A stretch of DNA of 64,000 nt from Anthoceros angustus (Eukaryota > Plantae > Anthocerotophyta): positions 372,001 to 436,000 of the forward strand of contig VJWM01000068.1 in NCBI GenBank assembly GCA_010909165.1, given 5' to 3'. The notes beneath the pieces were generated by a model that saw only the letters and a program-made list of their open reading frames with translations, did not search any database and was not told the DNA's origin. This document shows, one piece after another, positions 21,557 through 35,441 of this stretch. The first letter of the stretch is position 1. Each line of letters opens with the position of its first letter. A program made the translations under genes and the position numbers.

Positions 21557-24500
21557 ATGGCTCAGCAGGACGGCATGGGGAGGGCGGAATCTCGCTCCGG
21601 GAAATTCGCGAAGCGCTCGGGGCTACTCAAGCACCAACTCCGGCTGGTGAAGAGGCCCGATTGTGACCGCTACGAAATTGCGCCCATAGAGGATACCCTG
21701 TCCTTTGAGAAGGGATTCTTCCTCTTCATACGAGCTGTGCAGCTGCTGACGCAGGAGACGGATGGAGTGGTGGTGGTGGGGCTGGCAGGTCCCTCGGGAG
21801 CCGGGAAGACCGTCTTCACCGAGAAAGTGAGCGCGTTCATGCCAGGCATTGCCATGATTTCTATGGACAATTACAACGACGCTAGTCGTGTCATCGACGG
21901 CAATTATGACGGTTGGTTGCTGGATTCACGTGCTTTCTTCCTTTCGTTATCGCTGTTGTGCCACTCTGCGATCCTGGGGCCGCAGTCTTGTGCAGTTTCT
22001 AGGGTTCTGTGAGGGAGTTTAGATTTGTAGTGTATATCTGTGTGACGAATGTTGGTGTCTGGTGCGGCCAGAGTGCTTTGGAGATTTTGGCTTCAGTGCT
22101 GTCTTCGGTGCTGCTTTTAGTATCTTGAGGTTCAGTCGTAATCCTTTTGACAGTAGGACTAAGCGCAGTAGGACGGGACTTTCTATCTCATGTTTGCTGG
22201 GGAATGGGTTCTGGTATTCAGATCCGCGCCTCACAGATTATGACACTCTTCTGGATAATCTGGAGAATCTCAAGGAGGGCAGGTCCGTGGAGGTGCCTAT
22301 ATACGACTTCAAGCAGAGTCGACGCGTTGGATACAGGTTCGGCCACTTTGAAGACGGCTCATCGTGTTAGCATGGTGGTCTGATACCTGGCATGTTTTGT
22401 GTTGCCATTCATGCTCTCTTGTCTTGAAAGGAGAGGATGATGTGTGGTGCATTAACAGCAGTCTCTCTTGCAGCCACTTGGATGTGCCATCGTCTCGCAT
22501 TGTAATTGTGGAGGGTATTTATGCGCTTAGTGAAAAGCTCCGTCCACTCCTAGATCTACGTGTCTCGGTCACTGGAGGGGTGCACTTTGATCTTGTCAAG
22601 AGGGTACTACGTGACATCAATCGATCTGGGCAAGCTCCTGAGGATATTATTCATCAGATATCAGAAACTGTGCGTTTTCTGCTAGAGACTTGAGCCTCAT
22701 TGTTACTAGCCACTTTGTTGGTGCAATCTGTGCTGTGGGTAGACTTGACTTCTGTCGTGCTGGAGTGGACGGGAATACTAACTGGTGTGTGCTGTATTCT
22801 CTCTGGCAGGTGTATCCCATGTACAAAGCATTCATTGAGCCAGATTTAGAGACTGCACACATAAAAATTGTCAATAAGTTCAATCCGTTTTCTGGATTCC
22901 AGAGTGCTACTTATATTCTCAAGGTGACCTTCGTGTTATGTTCATGCTGTGCACAGCTGGTGCAGTGTTGTCAGTCAAGTGAAAACTTCTAATCAGGAGT
23001 TGCTGCTGCATCATGTCGTCCTGATACTTCATTCCTGCTTGCTGATGTGCAGTCCTCAAGATGTGTGTCTGAAGAGCAGATTAAAGAGGTCTTGGGTCCT
23101 GATCACACGGAGACCACTGAGGCAACCTATGACATTTACTTGCTGCCACCTGGTGAAGATCCAGAGACCTGTCAGTCTTATTTGAGAATGCGCAATCGGG
23201 AAGGGAAGTACAGCCTGATGTTTGAGGTAAACACACAAATCACCTTTTCTGCATTTGAATCTGCATTGAATGTTGTAAGTGAGGATCTAATTGTTTTGTG
23301 TTGACCAGGAATGGGTTACTGATAATGCATTTATTATTTCCCCTCGGATAACTTTTGAGGTCAGTGTACGCCTCCTTGGGGGCTTGATGGCACTGGGATA
23401 CTCAATGGCAACTATCCTCAAGCGCAACAGTCACCTATTTTCAGATGAGAGGGTTAGTGTGAAGATTGACCAGCTGGAGCAGTTGCAACGCAAGTACATA
23501 CAGGTGTGTTTATCTGTCAAGGCATGCACGCTCTCCTTCTTGGGAGCGATGCTATTGTTGGTGGTGAGCCTTAATTCTCTGTTGTGCAGGTGCAAGGCAA
23601 GGACAGAGCAGTTGTTGCTGAAGTTGCGAAAAAACTAGGTCTCGATGGCACCTATATTCCTCGATCATACATTGAGCAGATCCAGTTGGAAAAGCTGACT
23701 AAAGAAATCACGGTAAATACAATCTGTAAATTTTTGTCTGGTCTCGAGGTCAGCCTGTATATGGTGCTTTCTTGCTGGTCCTCCTGCATGCTTATCATGG
23801 CTCAATAGCGTCACCAGTGCCTCGTCATAGAAGTGGGTTAGTCTGGTTTCGAGGTAAAGTCTTGCTGTTGACCACCTCAAGCATACCTGTCAACTTGTTC
23901 TCGTGGACAGGCCCTGCCGGAGGACTTGAAAACCAAACTAAGCATGCCCGATAACCTCGTATCCAGCCCACTTCCGTCATTTTCTTGGCTCTCAGAGACA
24001 AAGCCTGGAATAAGAAGCTTGTATAGCAAAAGGTATTCCTATCCCCTTGACTTTTGACAGTGAGCTGCTGCATAGTTCTGTAGCGCTCCAGATGCTCACT
24101 TGGTTGCACTTCCCTGTTCCAGCTGGTCCCGGAACGAGAGCAAGAGCGACAGGTATTCCCCGTTCCTTTGATTGGAACCACTGGACTCATTGTTACCTGA
24201 CTGGCACTCTGCATATGTTGGTCAATTGTGACCTGATTAATTAGCACACTGCATATGTTAAACAGTGATGCACCTGAAGATCGAAGGATGCAAAGGAAGG
24301 GAGTGAAGCCTACTCCTTTATGGACAGAATCTAAACGATTCGATGATCGAGCCTTTCCTGATTCTCCTGCGCCAGCCTTAGGTGATCAGGTACCGACTGA
24401 TTCCGCATGATCACCCTCAGCCCTGTATAGATGACTTGGGAAAGAACTGGAGGGATGGCAGGTTTTGTTCTGATTGGTGTGGTGTTTTAGGGGTACCTGC

Positions 24501-25116
24501 GGGTGTGTGATCAGCTAGCTGGTCTAAGTGAAAGAATGGATGAGCTTCTGTCGCGAGTTTCTGAACTGGAAGGCAAGATAACAGGTCCCTCGAATACAGG
24601 TCGTCAGGCACCTACTGGAGCAAATGTTTCAGGGGTTGCTGTTGGCTCATTTGGAAGCAGTGGTGGTTCCCATTATGGTAATGGGAATGGCAATGGTTGC
24701 ACAAATGGTCATGCCCTAGCCCTCAATAATGCTGCGGCACCACCAGCAACTGACTCAAATATGGTCGACGAGGTCTACTCCCTCCCCTTCCCGCCTTCCA
24801 TTGAGCAGTTCTTCTCGGTGGTTATTATGCAGGAAACTAAGAGCTGGACACCCGTGTGATCCGTCTGCAGGTGAAGTTACTTGCCAGAGGCCAGCGGCAT
24901 ATTACCACCCAGCTTGATTTATTGAGTTCTATCCTGCGGGACAATCTTACACATCCTAACTTGCAGAAGAAGAATGAAAGGGGCCGTTGGGAATGTTTGT
25001 TCGGGAGCATGAAAACCAGCAACTCTGGCCTTGCCACTGCTTCAGTAGTCATTGGTATAGGGCTAACCGGTTTGGTTGCCCTGGTGGTAGCACAGACACT
25101 GAAGAAGAGCGATTGA
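21557..25116 (+). CDS. TTM: Triphosphate tunnel metalloenzyme TTM1/TTM2-like (uridine-kinase P-loop, CYTH, coiled coil, C-terminal TM anchor); about 12 exons
   Basis: Motifs LSFEKGFF, VGLAGPSGAGKT, ISMDNYND, VPIYDFK, IVIVEGIYAL, GGVHFDLVKRVLRDI, DIYLLPPGEDPETCQSYLRMR, ALPEDLKTKLS and RGQRHI..QLD, with hydrophobic tail VVIGIGLTGLVALVV. Consistent GT-AG introns, including a 30-nt exon at 24123-24152. Confidence 0.93.
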
Positions 25117-28100
25117 AAAGCTCTTGAAGAAGGTCCTCTTGGCTTTACTTTTGTAACGTGAGTTGGGTAGACGCAACGGATATCGACTCCATGGTTCAAT
25201 CGGATCCAACGGAGTCACTCTATTTTTTGGTCATGTGCACATGACTGCATTCTCTGTTCTCTATTTCTTGGAAAATCTGAAGCCTAGAAATTGGAAACAA
25301 TAAACTTATTCTAGAAAATAAATTGTATTCAAGAGTATGTATTTTTTCGTTGACTGAACGTTGCTTTCAGACCAAGTTCTACGCTAATTCGTGGATTGCT
25401 TTCTTAACCCCCGGACTCAAGTTGAGTCTTTGGGCATGTTTAAATAAAATATATTTAAAAATATAACGTTTTTTTAGTGGGTCCAAAAACCATTTTGTTC
25501 CTCACGTCTTCATCTACCCATCTCTCATTTTTGAAAAATTGAACCAAAAAAATAGATTTTTTGACAAGAATGTCAAAAAAATGGACAGAATCTCATTGTG
25601 AACTGGGCTGGGTCTTGCAAGCCATGGTGAGAGGTAGTAGGAAGTGCATTTTCCGTTCAAAGGCTTGTCGGCGCATGGTTCGTTACATCATTAGGCGGCG
25701 CCACATGTTGCGATGTGGGGAAGACAACTAACCAATTGTTCGAAGGGATTTCCAAACTTCCCATGTCATTGGTTGCACTTCGTTCGCGCCCCAACGGACA
25801 AGCCACCAACTTGATAATGAAGTGACAGTCCAAGGCCTCAGCTGAACCGTCACCAACAGCTCTACATCCTAACGACATCAACCATCCTCATGAACCGTTG
25901 CACCTCTTCATCCAGCACCCTCCACAGACAGCACAACAAGAACATTCAGCCTGTAATGACCTTTAATTCTTCCAGCAATTCGATTAGCGTCCTACCTCAA
26001 ATCTTTCCATGGTATCAAAGCAAGGATTAAGACAAGCTTCTTGATGGATTACCTCATGGCTCGGAACAGGGGAGCCCGTCGGTGGGCAAGACCAACTCCA
26101 GCGCATGAGGAATACCCGCTCCAAGCAATTTATCTCCCTTCCGGTGCTTCAAGTTGTGGATGCAGGCCCGTGAGGAGAATTGGAGGAGAAACACTAAACC
26201 AAAGAAACCACACTAGACTCCCCGCCTTGGAGAGCCGTGTATTGAAGAAGCTCAACCAAATCGAAAACAAGGTGCACACAGAGACCTGCCTGCTGCGCAG
26301 CCTCGTAGGCATCATACTACGAGATGTGAAGGACCTCCTTGAAGCGTGGCCCCAATCCCCTCGCCATCGTTGTAGAACGCTACCAAGACCTGCGTCAAGC
26401 AAAACCGCAAAGCAAAACTAACCCAACCATGTATGGAACCGCATCCTGAGGTGCCAGCGGAGGCGCTGGTGGTGGCGGTCCACTGGCGCATGCTTGGAGG
26501 TGGCTATGGTGGTGGCGCAGGGAGGTTGTGGAGCCGGTGGAGGTTGTGGCGCCGGTGGAGGTTGTGGCGCTGGTGGTGGTGTCATCGCCGCAAACCCTAG
26601 CGCACACTATGCCAACCAGCGCATAGAAATAAAAGAAAAGGACAGATTCACGGGAGTAGACTACGATGTCTGGGCTACCCGGATGCAAGGACACCTTGAA
26701 GACGCAGACCTATGGACAATAGTTGATGGGTCGGCGCCCTGCTCTGCATCAGGAGCCCAAGGCTATGATCAATGGATAAAATGAGATAGAAGAGCCCGTA
26801 ATCTGCTAATCGCCGGCCTCGACAAAGACATGGTACATCATACCTTCGGTGCCTCAACGGCACAGACCACCTGGGAACGCTTCGCTCAAATGTTCGAAGC
26901 CACCGACACCCAGCACTCGGCCACCGCCACACGAAACTTTCACAACCTTAAATATAAGGAGAGGGAAAGCATCCAAGCACATCTCAGCACCTTCCGGACT
27001 CTCAGAGCAAGATTGGCCTCCTGCGGGACTTTCCTAACAGAGGCCCAAGCGGCCATAGCCCTCCTGATGACTCTGCCCTCAAGCTGGCGCACATTTGTAG
27101 CTACCCAAAATGGCCTCATCAAGCAGTCCGCGCATGCCAAGAAACTCAAGCTAGGAGAGCTCATGACTCTCTCGGAGGTCATCGCTGCAATAATTGAGGA
27201 GGACTCTGCTAGGGGTCCCTCCAATAGTGTAGCCCCAGCACAAGCCCTCTTCACCTCACGACTCAACGAACAGAGACAGATGCAAAACAGGACTTGGCAA
27301 AGCAAGAAGGGAGGGGAGGGTTCACCTTCTTCAAGTCCTACTGACCCCCATCGCAAGGGGAACTGTAATTGGTGTAGGAAGCCGGGGCACTATGAACGAG
27401 AGTGCCGGAGCAAACAAGCGGGCGATCCAAGAAGGACTGGTCCCCCAAGTGCTCACGCCGTGCAGAGATCACCAACAATCCTGATAACCACACTGACCAC
27501 CACCAACGGAAGCTGCTCTTCCTGGTACTTGGATAGCGGTGCGTTAGCCCACATCTGTAAAGATTGTAGCTGCTTTAGCACATACAGAACCTTGCATGGC
27601 GGAGGGTCGATATATGTTGCCGACAACAGGTCCGCAGAAGTAATTGGAACAGGCACAGTCACCTTAGAGTGCAAAACTGGAGCACAATATCATTAGCTGA
27701 TGTGCTTCACCTGCCTAAGGTGAGCAAGAACTCGGTGTCCGTGAGTATCCTCACAAATGACAAGCTTTTTGAGATTCACTTCAAAGGCCAGAAGTGTGAG
27801 ATATGCCCACATGACAGTCTGAATGAAGTCACGTGCTATGGGAAAAAGGATGACAGGCTCTACATCTCGAGGCTTCCTCACTTCTTGGAATAGCCAACTT
27901 GGCTAGGACATCGACTAAGGCAGAAATAACCAAGTTTTGGCACCTACGTTTAGGTCACCCTAGCTTGAAGCGCATGAAAGCCATGCAGGCAAGCCAACTC
28001 TACGCAAAAGCCCTTCCAGACTTTAGTGACTCCCTATTTTGTGAAGGATGCCTACTAGGGAAAAGCAAGGAGATAGCCTACCCAAGGGCCTCATCTCACC

Positions 28101-28928
28101 GTGCTACTTAGATTCTTCAGCTGGTACACGTTGACCTCTGTGGGCCCATGTCAACACATTCGTTTGGAGGAGCGTCCTATTTTATGCCCATCATAGATGA
28201 TAAGTCGCGTATGATTCACACTTACTTCCTCCGCCTCAAGAGTGAGGCCTTCGCTAAGTTCAAGGAGTTCCATGCCATGGCTGCACTTCAGACTGGCTAT
28301 AAGCTAAAATGTGTACGCTCGGATGGAGGAGGTGAGTTTAACTCCGGTGAATTTAACTCCTACCTTATCGAAAGAGGGATCACTCGGCAAGTGATTGTTC
28401 CCTATGCCCACGCACAAAACCGTGTTGCCGAGAATTGCAACCGCAGGCTCCAGGAAATGGCCCGAGCCATGCTCTCTCATGCGACAGCCATGCCTCGGTC
28501 GAGGCGGTCGGTCCATCTGACTACACCCATCAACCGTGCCCACTTCTGCTCTTCCGACACTAACTCCCTTTGAGTCCTGGACTGGAAATAAGCCCTCCCT
28601 CTCTTATCTTCGCATCTTTGGGCTGATGCCAACTCATGGATACCTAAGGAGAAACGCCACGAGCTCTACGATTTCAAGACTGGCAAATTCGATGCCCGCG
28701 CACAGAAGCTGCTATTTGTCGGATACATGGACGGTGTGAAAGGCTACAAGCTTGTTCACCCAACAACACACCAGACCACAATCTCTCGGATCGTTTATGT
28801 CCACGAGCACCTTGATTTAAGTGCCCCAGGAGGCAGCGGGAGCATCATTGGCTCCTTTCCTGACCTCGACGACCCGATTCGCAATGTGGAGGAGGACATG
28901 GTTGAACTTGAGCTTCCCGAGCTCCCGC

Positions 28929-31900
28929 TGTGGCGCGACTTTCGCTGACGGCCAGCCGGGCGCGCACAATCCCGTGTCGTTGTAGGAAGGAGTCCGTTCC
29001 CAAGGGAATGACAGCCCGCTTGCCGCTAGCGATTCTTATCTCACTTTGCGTCCGCTCACCTCAACGCACACATCTACCGGGCTGCCTAACTACTCGCAAC
29101 GCTCACCGTGACAGCCCGGTGGCCAAACGCTTAAGGACCTGTCAAGTCAGATCGCTCACGTCCACCACACCTCTAGTCCGCTCCTCTCTCCACTCACACT
29201 ACACTTATCGGTCTTAGGAAAGACGCTGGTTACACCGACCTCCTCCGCTGCTCGCTGCCTCCGTCCGGCTCAGACGCCTCCCGAGTCCTCCGGCCACACG
29301 CCCGGCCTCCGGGGCCGCGGCTCGACAGCACGGGTCCCCGCCACCTCCCGCACACACCACAACACGTTAGGTCCGCCACCGTGACCTGATCAATCTCTCC
29401 GAGCCGCCGTGCTCGCCTGACTCAGACTCACGTTAGCAAGAAGACACACAAGGTCTCGCAAGAACGCAGATCAACACCAAGAGAAAGATGATTTATCTGT
29501 GGCAGCCTCTCTTATACTACGCCCAAGTCGGCGCCTTTATTACAATTACGGTGATGGCCATTTCGGTATACCTAATCGGCCGCCTACCATCCTATTTCCC
29601 TCCTATCTCCTTCGTCGGTGTGGGGAGGAAGGTCCGGGTTCCGCCTTGGGATTGGTGGTCCAATCTCCCGTCAGCGATTCTGGCGCGCAATCGGATGATC
29701 CGTGAGGCGGACCCCTCCTTTCTCCGGAATCACAGTCGGGTTGGGCTGGGCGGCTGCGCGGCCGTTACCACACGTCATCCTCCACAGCCTCCCTGGGTCC
29801 CCTCGGTGGGGCCATCTGCTCCCCTAAGCGTAAGTCGAAGGGGCTCCTCCTTCTTGAGTCCGGACCTCGAGGTCGGTCTCGACTCAGTCTGAACTCCGAG
29901 TCATTTCTGAGTCCGTCTGGGTCGGCCTCGTCTCAGGGTTCGGACCTCGGGGTCGAACTTATTCAGTCCGGTCCCCAAGCTCCGGACCCCTTCATGGACC
30001 TCGTCTTGCTAGGTCCTCATCCCTACCCCGACCCTTGTCTTGGGTGGGTTGGCTCCTCATGCGCCCCTTTGGCCGTCCCTCCCTTCTCCGGCGGGTTGCG
30101 GTGAACTTACCACAGGGTCCGTTGCGTCTCGCTCCTCTTGAGGCTCTTCTCCCCGCTCGTCTCCAAGCAGGGCCACTAGAGTCCCGTCTTTGTCCCCATG
30201 CCCTTCTTCCCCTCCAGGCCTTCCGAGGTCCGGCCTCGACCCGAGTCCGAACCTGTGAGTCCGCTTATTTCGAGTCCGGCCGGGTCCGCCTGCTCGGGTT
30301 CGACCTCGTGGGTCCTTACGGGTCCGGCCCCAAGCTCCCGACTTTATCCGTGGACCTCGTGATCGCTAGGTCCTCATCCCTACCCCGACCCTTGTCTTGG
30401 GTCGGGTTGGCTCCTCCTTCGGCCTTCTCTGGCCACCTCCCTTCTCCGAGCAGTGTGAACTTACCCCGGGTCCGCTATGCCTCTCCTCTTGAGGCTCTTC
30501 TCCCCGCTGCCTCCAAACAGGCCACTAGAGTCCCCTGTGGCCCCCATGCCCTTCTTCCCCTCCGAGCCTTCCAGGGTCCGCCTATTTGCGCGGCCGAGGT
30601 TCTACCGCCTGGAGCTCGCGTGGTAATAGGCAAAGTCCGAATCCACTTGTTGGTGCCTCTTCCACGTGTGCGGGCACCGTCTCCCGCCATATGGGGTCGT
30701 CTTTGCCACATTGGACCACCTCCCCGCCAGTTTGATAGGTGGGGCCGGGCCGCTTCGCGCAAGGCGCCTCGGTCACCTCCTGCAACCGTTGCTCCCTTGC
30801 TCCACCAACTCCGTCGGCGGCTTACCGGCCGTTCCCCTTCCGCCTTCCTCAAGCGGACCAGGGCTTCTTATGCTTCCGGTGCTCTCGCTTCTCAGTACAA
30901 CTCCATCTCCTCTCAGGGCGGTGACTGCGGGCTGCAGGCTTCCGAGTCCTTCTCCATTTCGGCGTCCTGCTCCTGTTCCATCGCCGTCTCTCCGCCATGA
31001 GCTGGGCCGCTCTATTTCGTTCGCGTTCGCGACCACGCCCTGCGGACTACCATTCCTCTCAATGGTAGTTTGGGCTGACTCAAGGTCTCCTTGCGGTCTT
31101 CCATCTCCACTTCTTGCTCCACCTCACGGGAGTCAGGAGATCCTCCATCTCCTTGTCGAGCTTCACAGGGCCTGGCTGGTCCGCGCTTGCTCCGCCGCCT
31201 CCTGCTCCATCTTGAGGCGGTGGGCGCTCTCACTCGAAGTCTTGGACTCTCTCGTTGAGAACCCCTTGCTGCTCCAGCGTCTTGGAGTTGTAACTCCAAG
31301 GTGTCCTTCATCCTCCGGCTCCTGCGCCTCCCTTCTACCTCCTGCAGTGCCACAGGGTCCCGATTTCCGGGTCTTGGCCTCGGTGTTCTGCAGCTCGTCG
31401 TGCTTGTTCTCTTCTTTGCTCGGCCTTGATTGGCTGCTAGCCTCCCTCCACGGTTCGATCACGCCGATAGTGATCGCGGTCGGCTTCCGCCTCCTGGCCA
31501 CCTTCACAGGCTTCTCGGCTTGGCTCTGGTCTGGTCGGGCCGCCTCGCGGTCAGCTCCGCTTGCGCCCGGGCCTCTTAGCCTCTGCTGCGCTACCCCTCT
31601 CACTGCGGAGGTCCTCGGCCCGCTTGGGCCTCCTTAGCTTGCTCCTCCCTCGGTGAAGGAATTTAGTCCGGTCCTTGCGAATGGACGGACTTCCCTCTCG
31701 GCCTCCGGCGTTTCCCTTCCTCAATTCGAGGCTTGGCCTTCCTCCTTGCCTCCTGGGCCCCTCAAGCTGCTCTGGAGGAGCATGCCTCGGGTGGCTTCTA
31801 CCTCCAGGTCTTCTCGGCCATCCCGAGACCCCAAAGCATATCCATGGCGGTAGCAGGACCGCCGTGTTTCTTCCACGGCCAGTGAGGCTCCCACAAAGTC

Positions 31901-34900
31901 CGTAGTGGGGCGGCATTTCATGATCCGAGGACCTCCATGATCCGAGTAAGTCGTGGGTTCTCGGACCTAATCGGGACCCTTAGGTCACGAGTCTTACTCG
32001 AGCTTCACCCTCCTTGGCCCTTTTGGCGCGAGCTCCTTCTCCGCCTTTTCTCCACAGGGCTCGGAGGTGAGGGGTCCGGAGCAAGCCCTTTTGCCTCTTC
32101 ACAGCCGGAGGCAGGACCCGGCTCAGTCTGTGCGCGGTGACCTCCTGCTCCTGCGCCTCCTCGCCTCCTTACTTCCTTGACTTCTTGCCACTCCGTAGGC
32201 GGGGGAAACCTTGGCACCGTCACGAGGTCTTTGCGTTGTAAATGTCTTGCGTCTCTTGGTTCCCTCGGGTCCGTGGCTCCTGGTTGTTGTGGTGGTGGGC
32301 TATTGGGTCGGGCCGCCTCCTGCTGCTGCTGCTCATTTGCGGAGGAGGAGGGAAGGGATTTCTCCCATACTTCCACAGGTGGTGAGGGGTCCGTTCAGGG
32401 CGTATGGAGTCGAATTCCCTCGATCGTCCTCCTCCGGGTCCGTTTGGCCTTGAGGTGCCCCACCTCGGGCGCCCTTGCACGCTCCACTTCGGGGCCTCCA
32501 GTCCTTTCCGGGCGCCGCTCAAGCTCTCCCTCCTTGAGGCTCGAAATGTCCCCATACATGGATCGGGTATGGGGCGGCCCCATGGCGAGGCTTCTCGCTC
32601 CTTAGCTTGCGGGCCTCTGGCTAACAGGCGAAGATAATCCTTCCCGGTCCGCTTGGCTCGAGGGTCGGCCCCCACCTCGGGCGCCCTTGCACGCCCACTT
32701 CAGGCCTCCAGCCTTTCCCGAGCGCTCACCTCCTTCAGAGTTCAAATGTCCCCATACATGGATCATGGGGATGCCCATGGCGAGGGCTTCGCCCGAGCTT
32801 GCGGGCCTCGACTAAACCGGCGAAGATAATCCTTCCCCGCCGCCTCTTCCTCAGAAGCGCATGCAGAATACCAGTAGTTATCACCAAGGTGATCCACCTT
32901 GGTGGCGAGTTCAATGGACAATGATCCGGCTACCGCCTTACTCGGTATCCGGCGGTGGATATCAACCGTTGGTGGTCCTCTGCGTTCGAGCCTCGGCGCC
33001 GCCGTGTTGCGGCCCTATCTTCCTTCGCCTTGAGGGGCTCGGCACCACCCTTCTTCCTCCTTTGGGCGGTTGTAGGCCGCCTCGGGACCTCAAGGTCCAT
33101 CGCCTCAGTCCTCCGGAGGTTCTTGGACGAACCTCCTTGTTGACCGCCAACATCTTCCGGCGAACTCCGGACGGGTATCGAGCGTCGACCGTCCGGAACA
33201 CATCCGGTGCCACTCCTCAACTAATTCTCCGCTTCCTCCCGGTCCGCTTGGCTCGAGGGTCGGCCCCCACCTCGGGCGCCCTTGCACGCCCACTTCAGGC
33301 CTCCAGCCTTTCCCGAGCGCCAAGCCTCCTCCTTCAGAGTTCAAATGTCCCCATACATGGATCATGGGGATGCCCATGGCGAGGGCTTCGCCCGAGCTTG
33401 CGGGCCTCGACTAAACCGGCGAAGATAATCCTTCCCCGCCGCCTCTTCCTCAGAAGCGCATGCAGAATACCAGTAGTTATCACCAAGGTGATCCACCTTG
33501 GTGGCGAGTTCAATGGACAATGATCCGGCTACCGCCTTACTCGGTATCCGGCGGTGGATATCAACCGTTGGTGGTCCTCTGCGTTCGAGCCTCGGCGCCG
33601 CCCGTGTTGCGGCCCTATCTTCCTTCGCCTTGAGGGGCTCGGCACCACCCCTTCTTCCTCCTTTGGGCGGTTGTAGGCCGCCTCGGGACCTCAAGGTCCA
33701 TCGCCTCGGGTCCTCCGGAGGTTCTTGGACGAACCTCCTTGTTGACCGCCAACATCTTCCGGCGAACTCCGGACGGGTATCGAGCGTCGACCGTCCGGAA
33801 CACATCCGGTGCCACTCCTCAACTAATTCTCCGCTTCCTCCCGGGGCCCAAAGTCCGGATAGCGCGGGTCACAATGTTGCGCTCTCCGAGGTTCTTGGAC
33901 AACCTCCTTGTTGACCGCCAACATCTTCCGGCGAACTCCCTGACCAGAGTGACGCTGTCAACGCCCGCCGGCCTGAACACATCCAGTGCCACTCACCACC
34001 CTCCGCCTCCAGCCTGTGGCCCAAAGTCCGGATAGCGCCGGTCACAATGTTGCGCACGAGGTTCCATGGCTCCCAAACTTCCATGAGCTTTTGGGTGCCA
34101 TCGCCGTCTCCCCTTGTCTGGCTGGCCAGTTCGGCGCACGATCGCCTCCTCGCGTTCGCTCCAACCCCGGTGAACCACGCTCGAAGGTGCTTGGGCGCTC
34201 AAAGAGATAGCGCCAGAGCCGGGTTGCGGGCGAGGCGAGTGTCGGCTGCGCGGTAGACCTTCCCTTGACGCGCCTTTGGGAGTAACTGGGCGGAAGGCGC
34301 CTCTTCCTCAGAAGCGCATGCAGAATACCAGTAGTTATCACCAAGGTGATCCACCTTGGTGAGGTGTTCCAATGGACAATGATCCGGCTACCGCCTTACT
34401 CGACCGTCCAGGTCGGATATCAACCACCGCTGGTGGTCCTCCGCCTGTGCCTCAAAGATCGCCACTGCTGTCGGCCCTATCTTCCTTCGCCTTGAGGGGC
34501 TCGGCACCACCCCTTCTTCCTCCTTTGGTTGTAGGCCTCAGACCTCCAAGGTCCATCGCCTGGTCCTCCCGAGGTTCTTGGACGAACCTCCTTGTTGACC
34601 GCCAACATCTTCCGGCGAACTCCCTGACTGAGTGACGCCGAACGCCCGACCGCCTGAACACATCCAGTGCCACTCCTCAACTAATTCTCCCGCCTCCTCC
34701 CAGGCCCAAAGTCCGGATAGCGCCGGTCACAATGTTGCGCACGAGGTTCCATGGCTCCCAAACTTCCGCAGGCTTTTGGGTGCCATCGCCTCCTCCCTGT
34801 TGGCCGCCGACCGAGTTCGGCACGATGCGCCTCCTCGCCGCTCCAACCCCGGTGAACCACGCCGAAGGTGCTGGGCGCCAAAGAGATAGCGCCAGAGCCG

Positions 34901-35441
34901 GGTTGCGAGCGCAAGAGACCGCGAATTGTCTCGAGGTCGCAGCAGAATGACCTTCCTTCGCCGCCGCTTTGGGAGTAACTGGGCGGAAGGCGCCTTCCTC
35001 GTCAGAATCGCCAGAGGTCCGCATGGCTTATTCTCGACCTTACGCCCGCTTACTCGGCCTTCGCCGCGCGCGTACTGCGGCCTTCGCCGCGCGCGTCGCG
35101 TGAATACCCTGCGGCCCCAGCGCTCGGTCTGGCGCATGCCGACCTCCACTCGGGGCCGTCCGTGGCGCCGCCTAGTCATCCTCACGGCTCAACTTCTAAG
35201 TTACTTTCCCTGGCGTACTTATCCTGTTTGGACCTGGAGTGGGTCCGGACTTATCCGTTACCCCGTAGTCCATTACTGCCATAGTAGGTTGAGTCGTTGC
35301 CCACTCCGAGTATACTCCGGAGTCCAGTCCGGAGTGCTATCCATGCTTATTCCTCCTTTTCCGCCTTATTTTATCCTCCTCCTCTCTGAAAAAACAAAAC
35401 CCTACTTATTTCTTAACCCCTAAGGAAGTCCGTAGCGCACA
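28929..35441 (-). mobile_element. GC-rich nested LTR-type element with degenerate gag-like coding on the minus strand
   Basis: Termini tgtggcgc..gcgcaca, with 5-bp TSD CCCGC (28924-28928 and 35442-35446). The copia frame resumes after it. Minus strand shows a knuckle-like QCGKDD..HMA near 30680-30720 and coiled-coil-like E/Q/R-rich frames at 31000-32400. Confidence 0.7.

Noticed and set aside
29488-35423. Many long overlapping ORFs in the ORF track
   Set aside because: Expected in GC-rich TE sequence; no family motifs on the plus strand.
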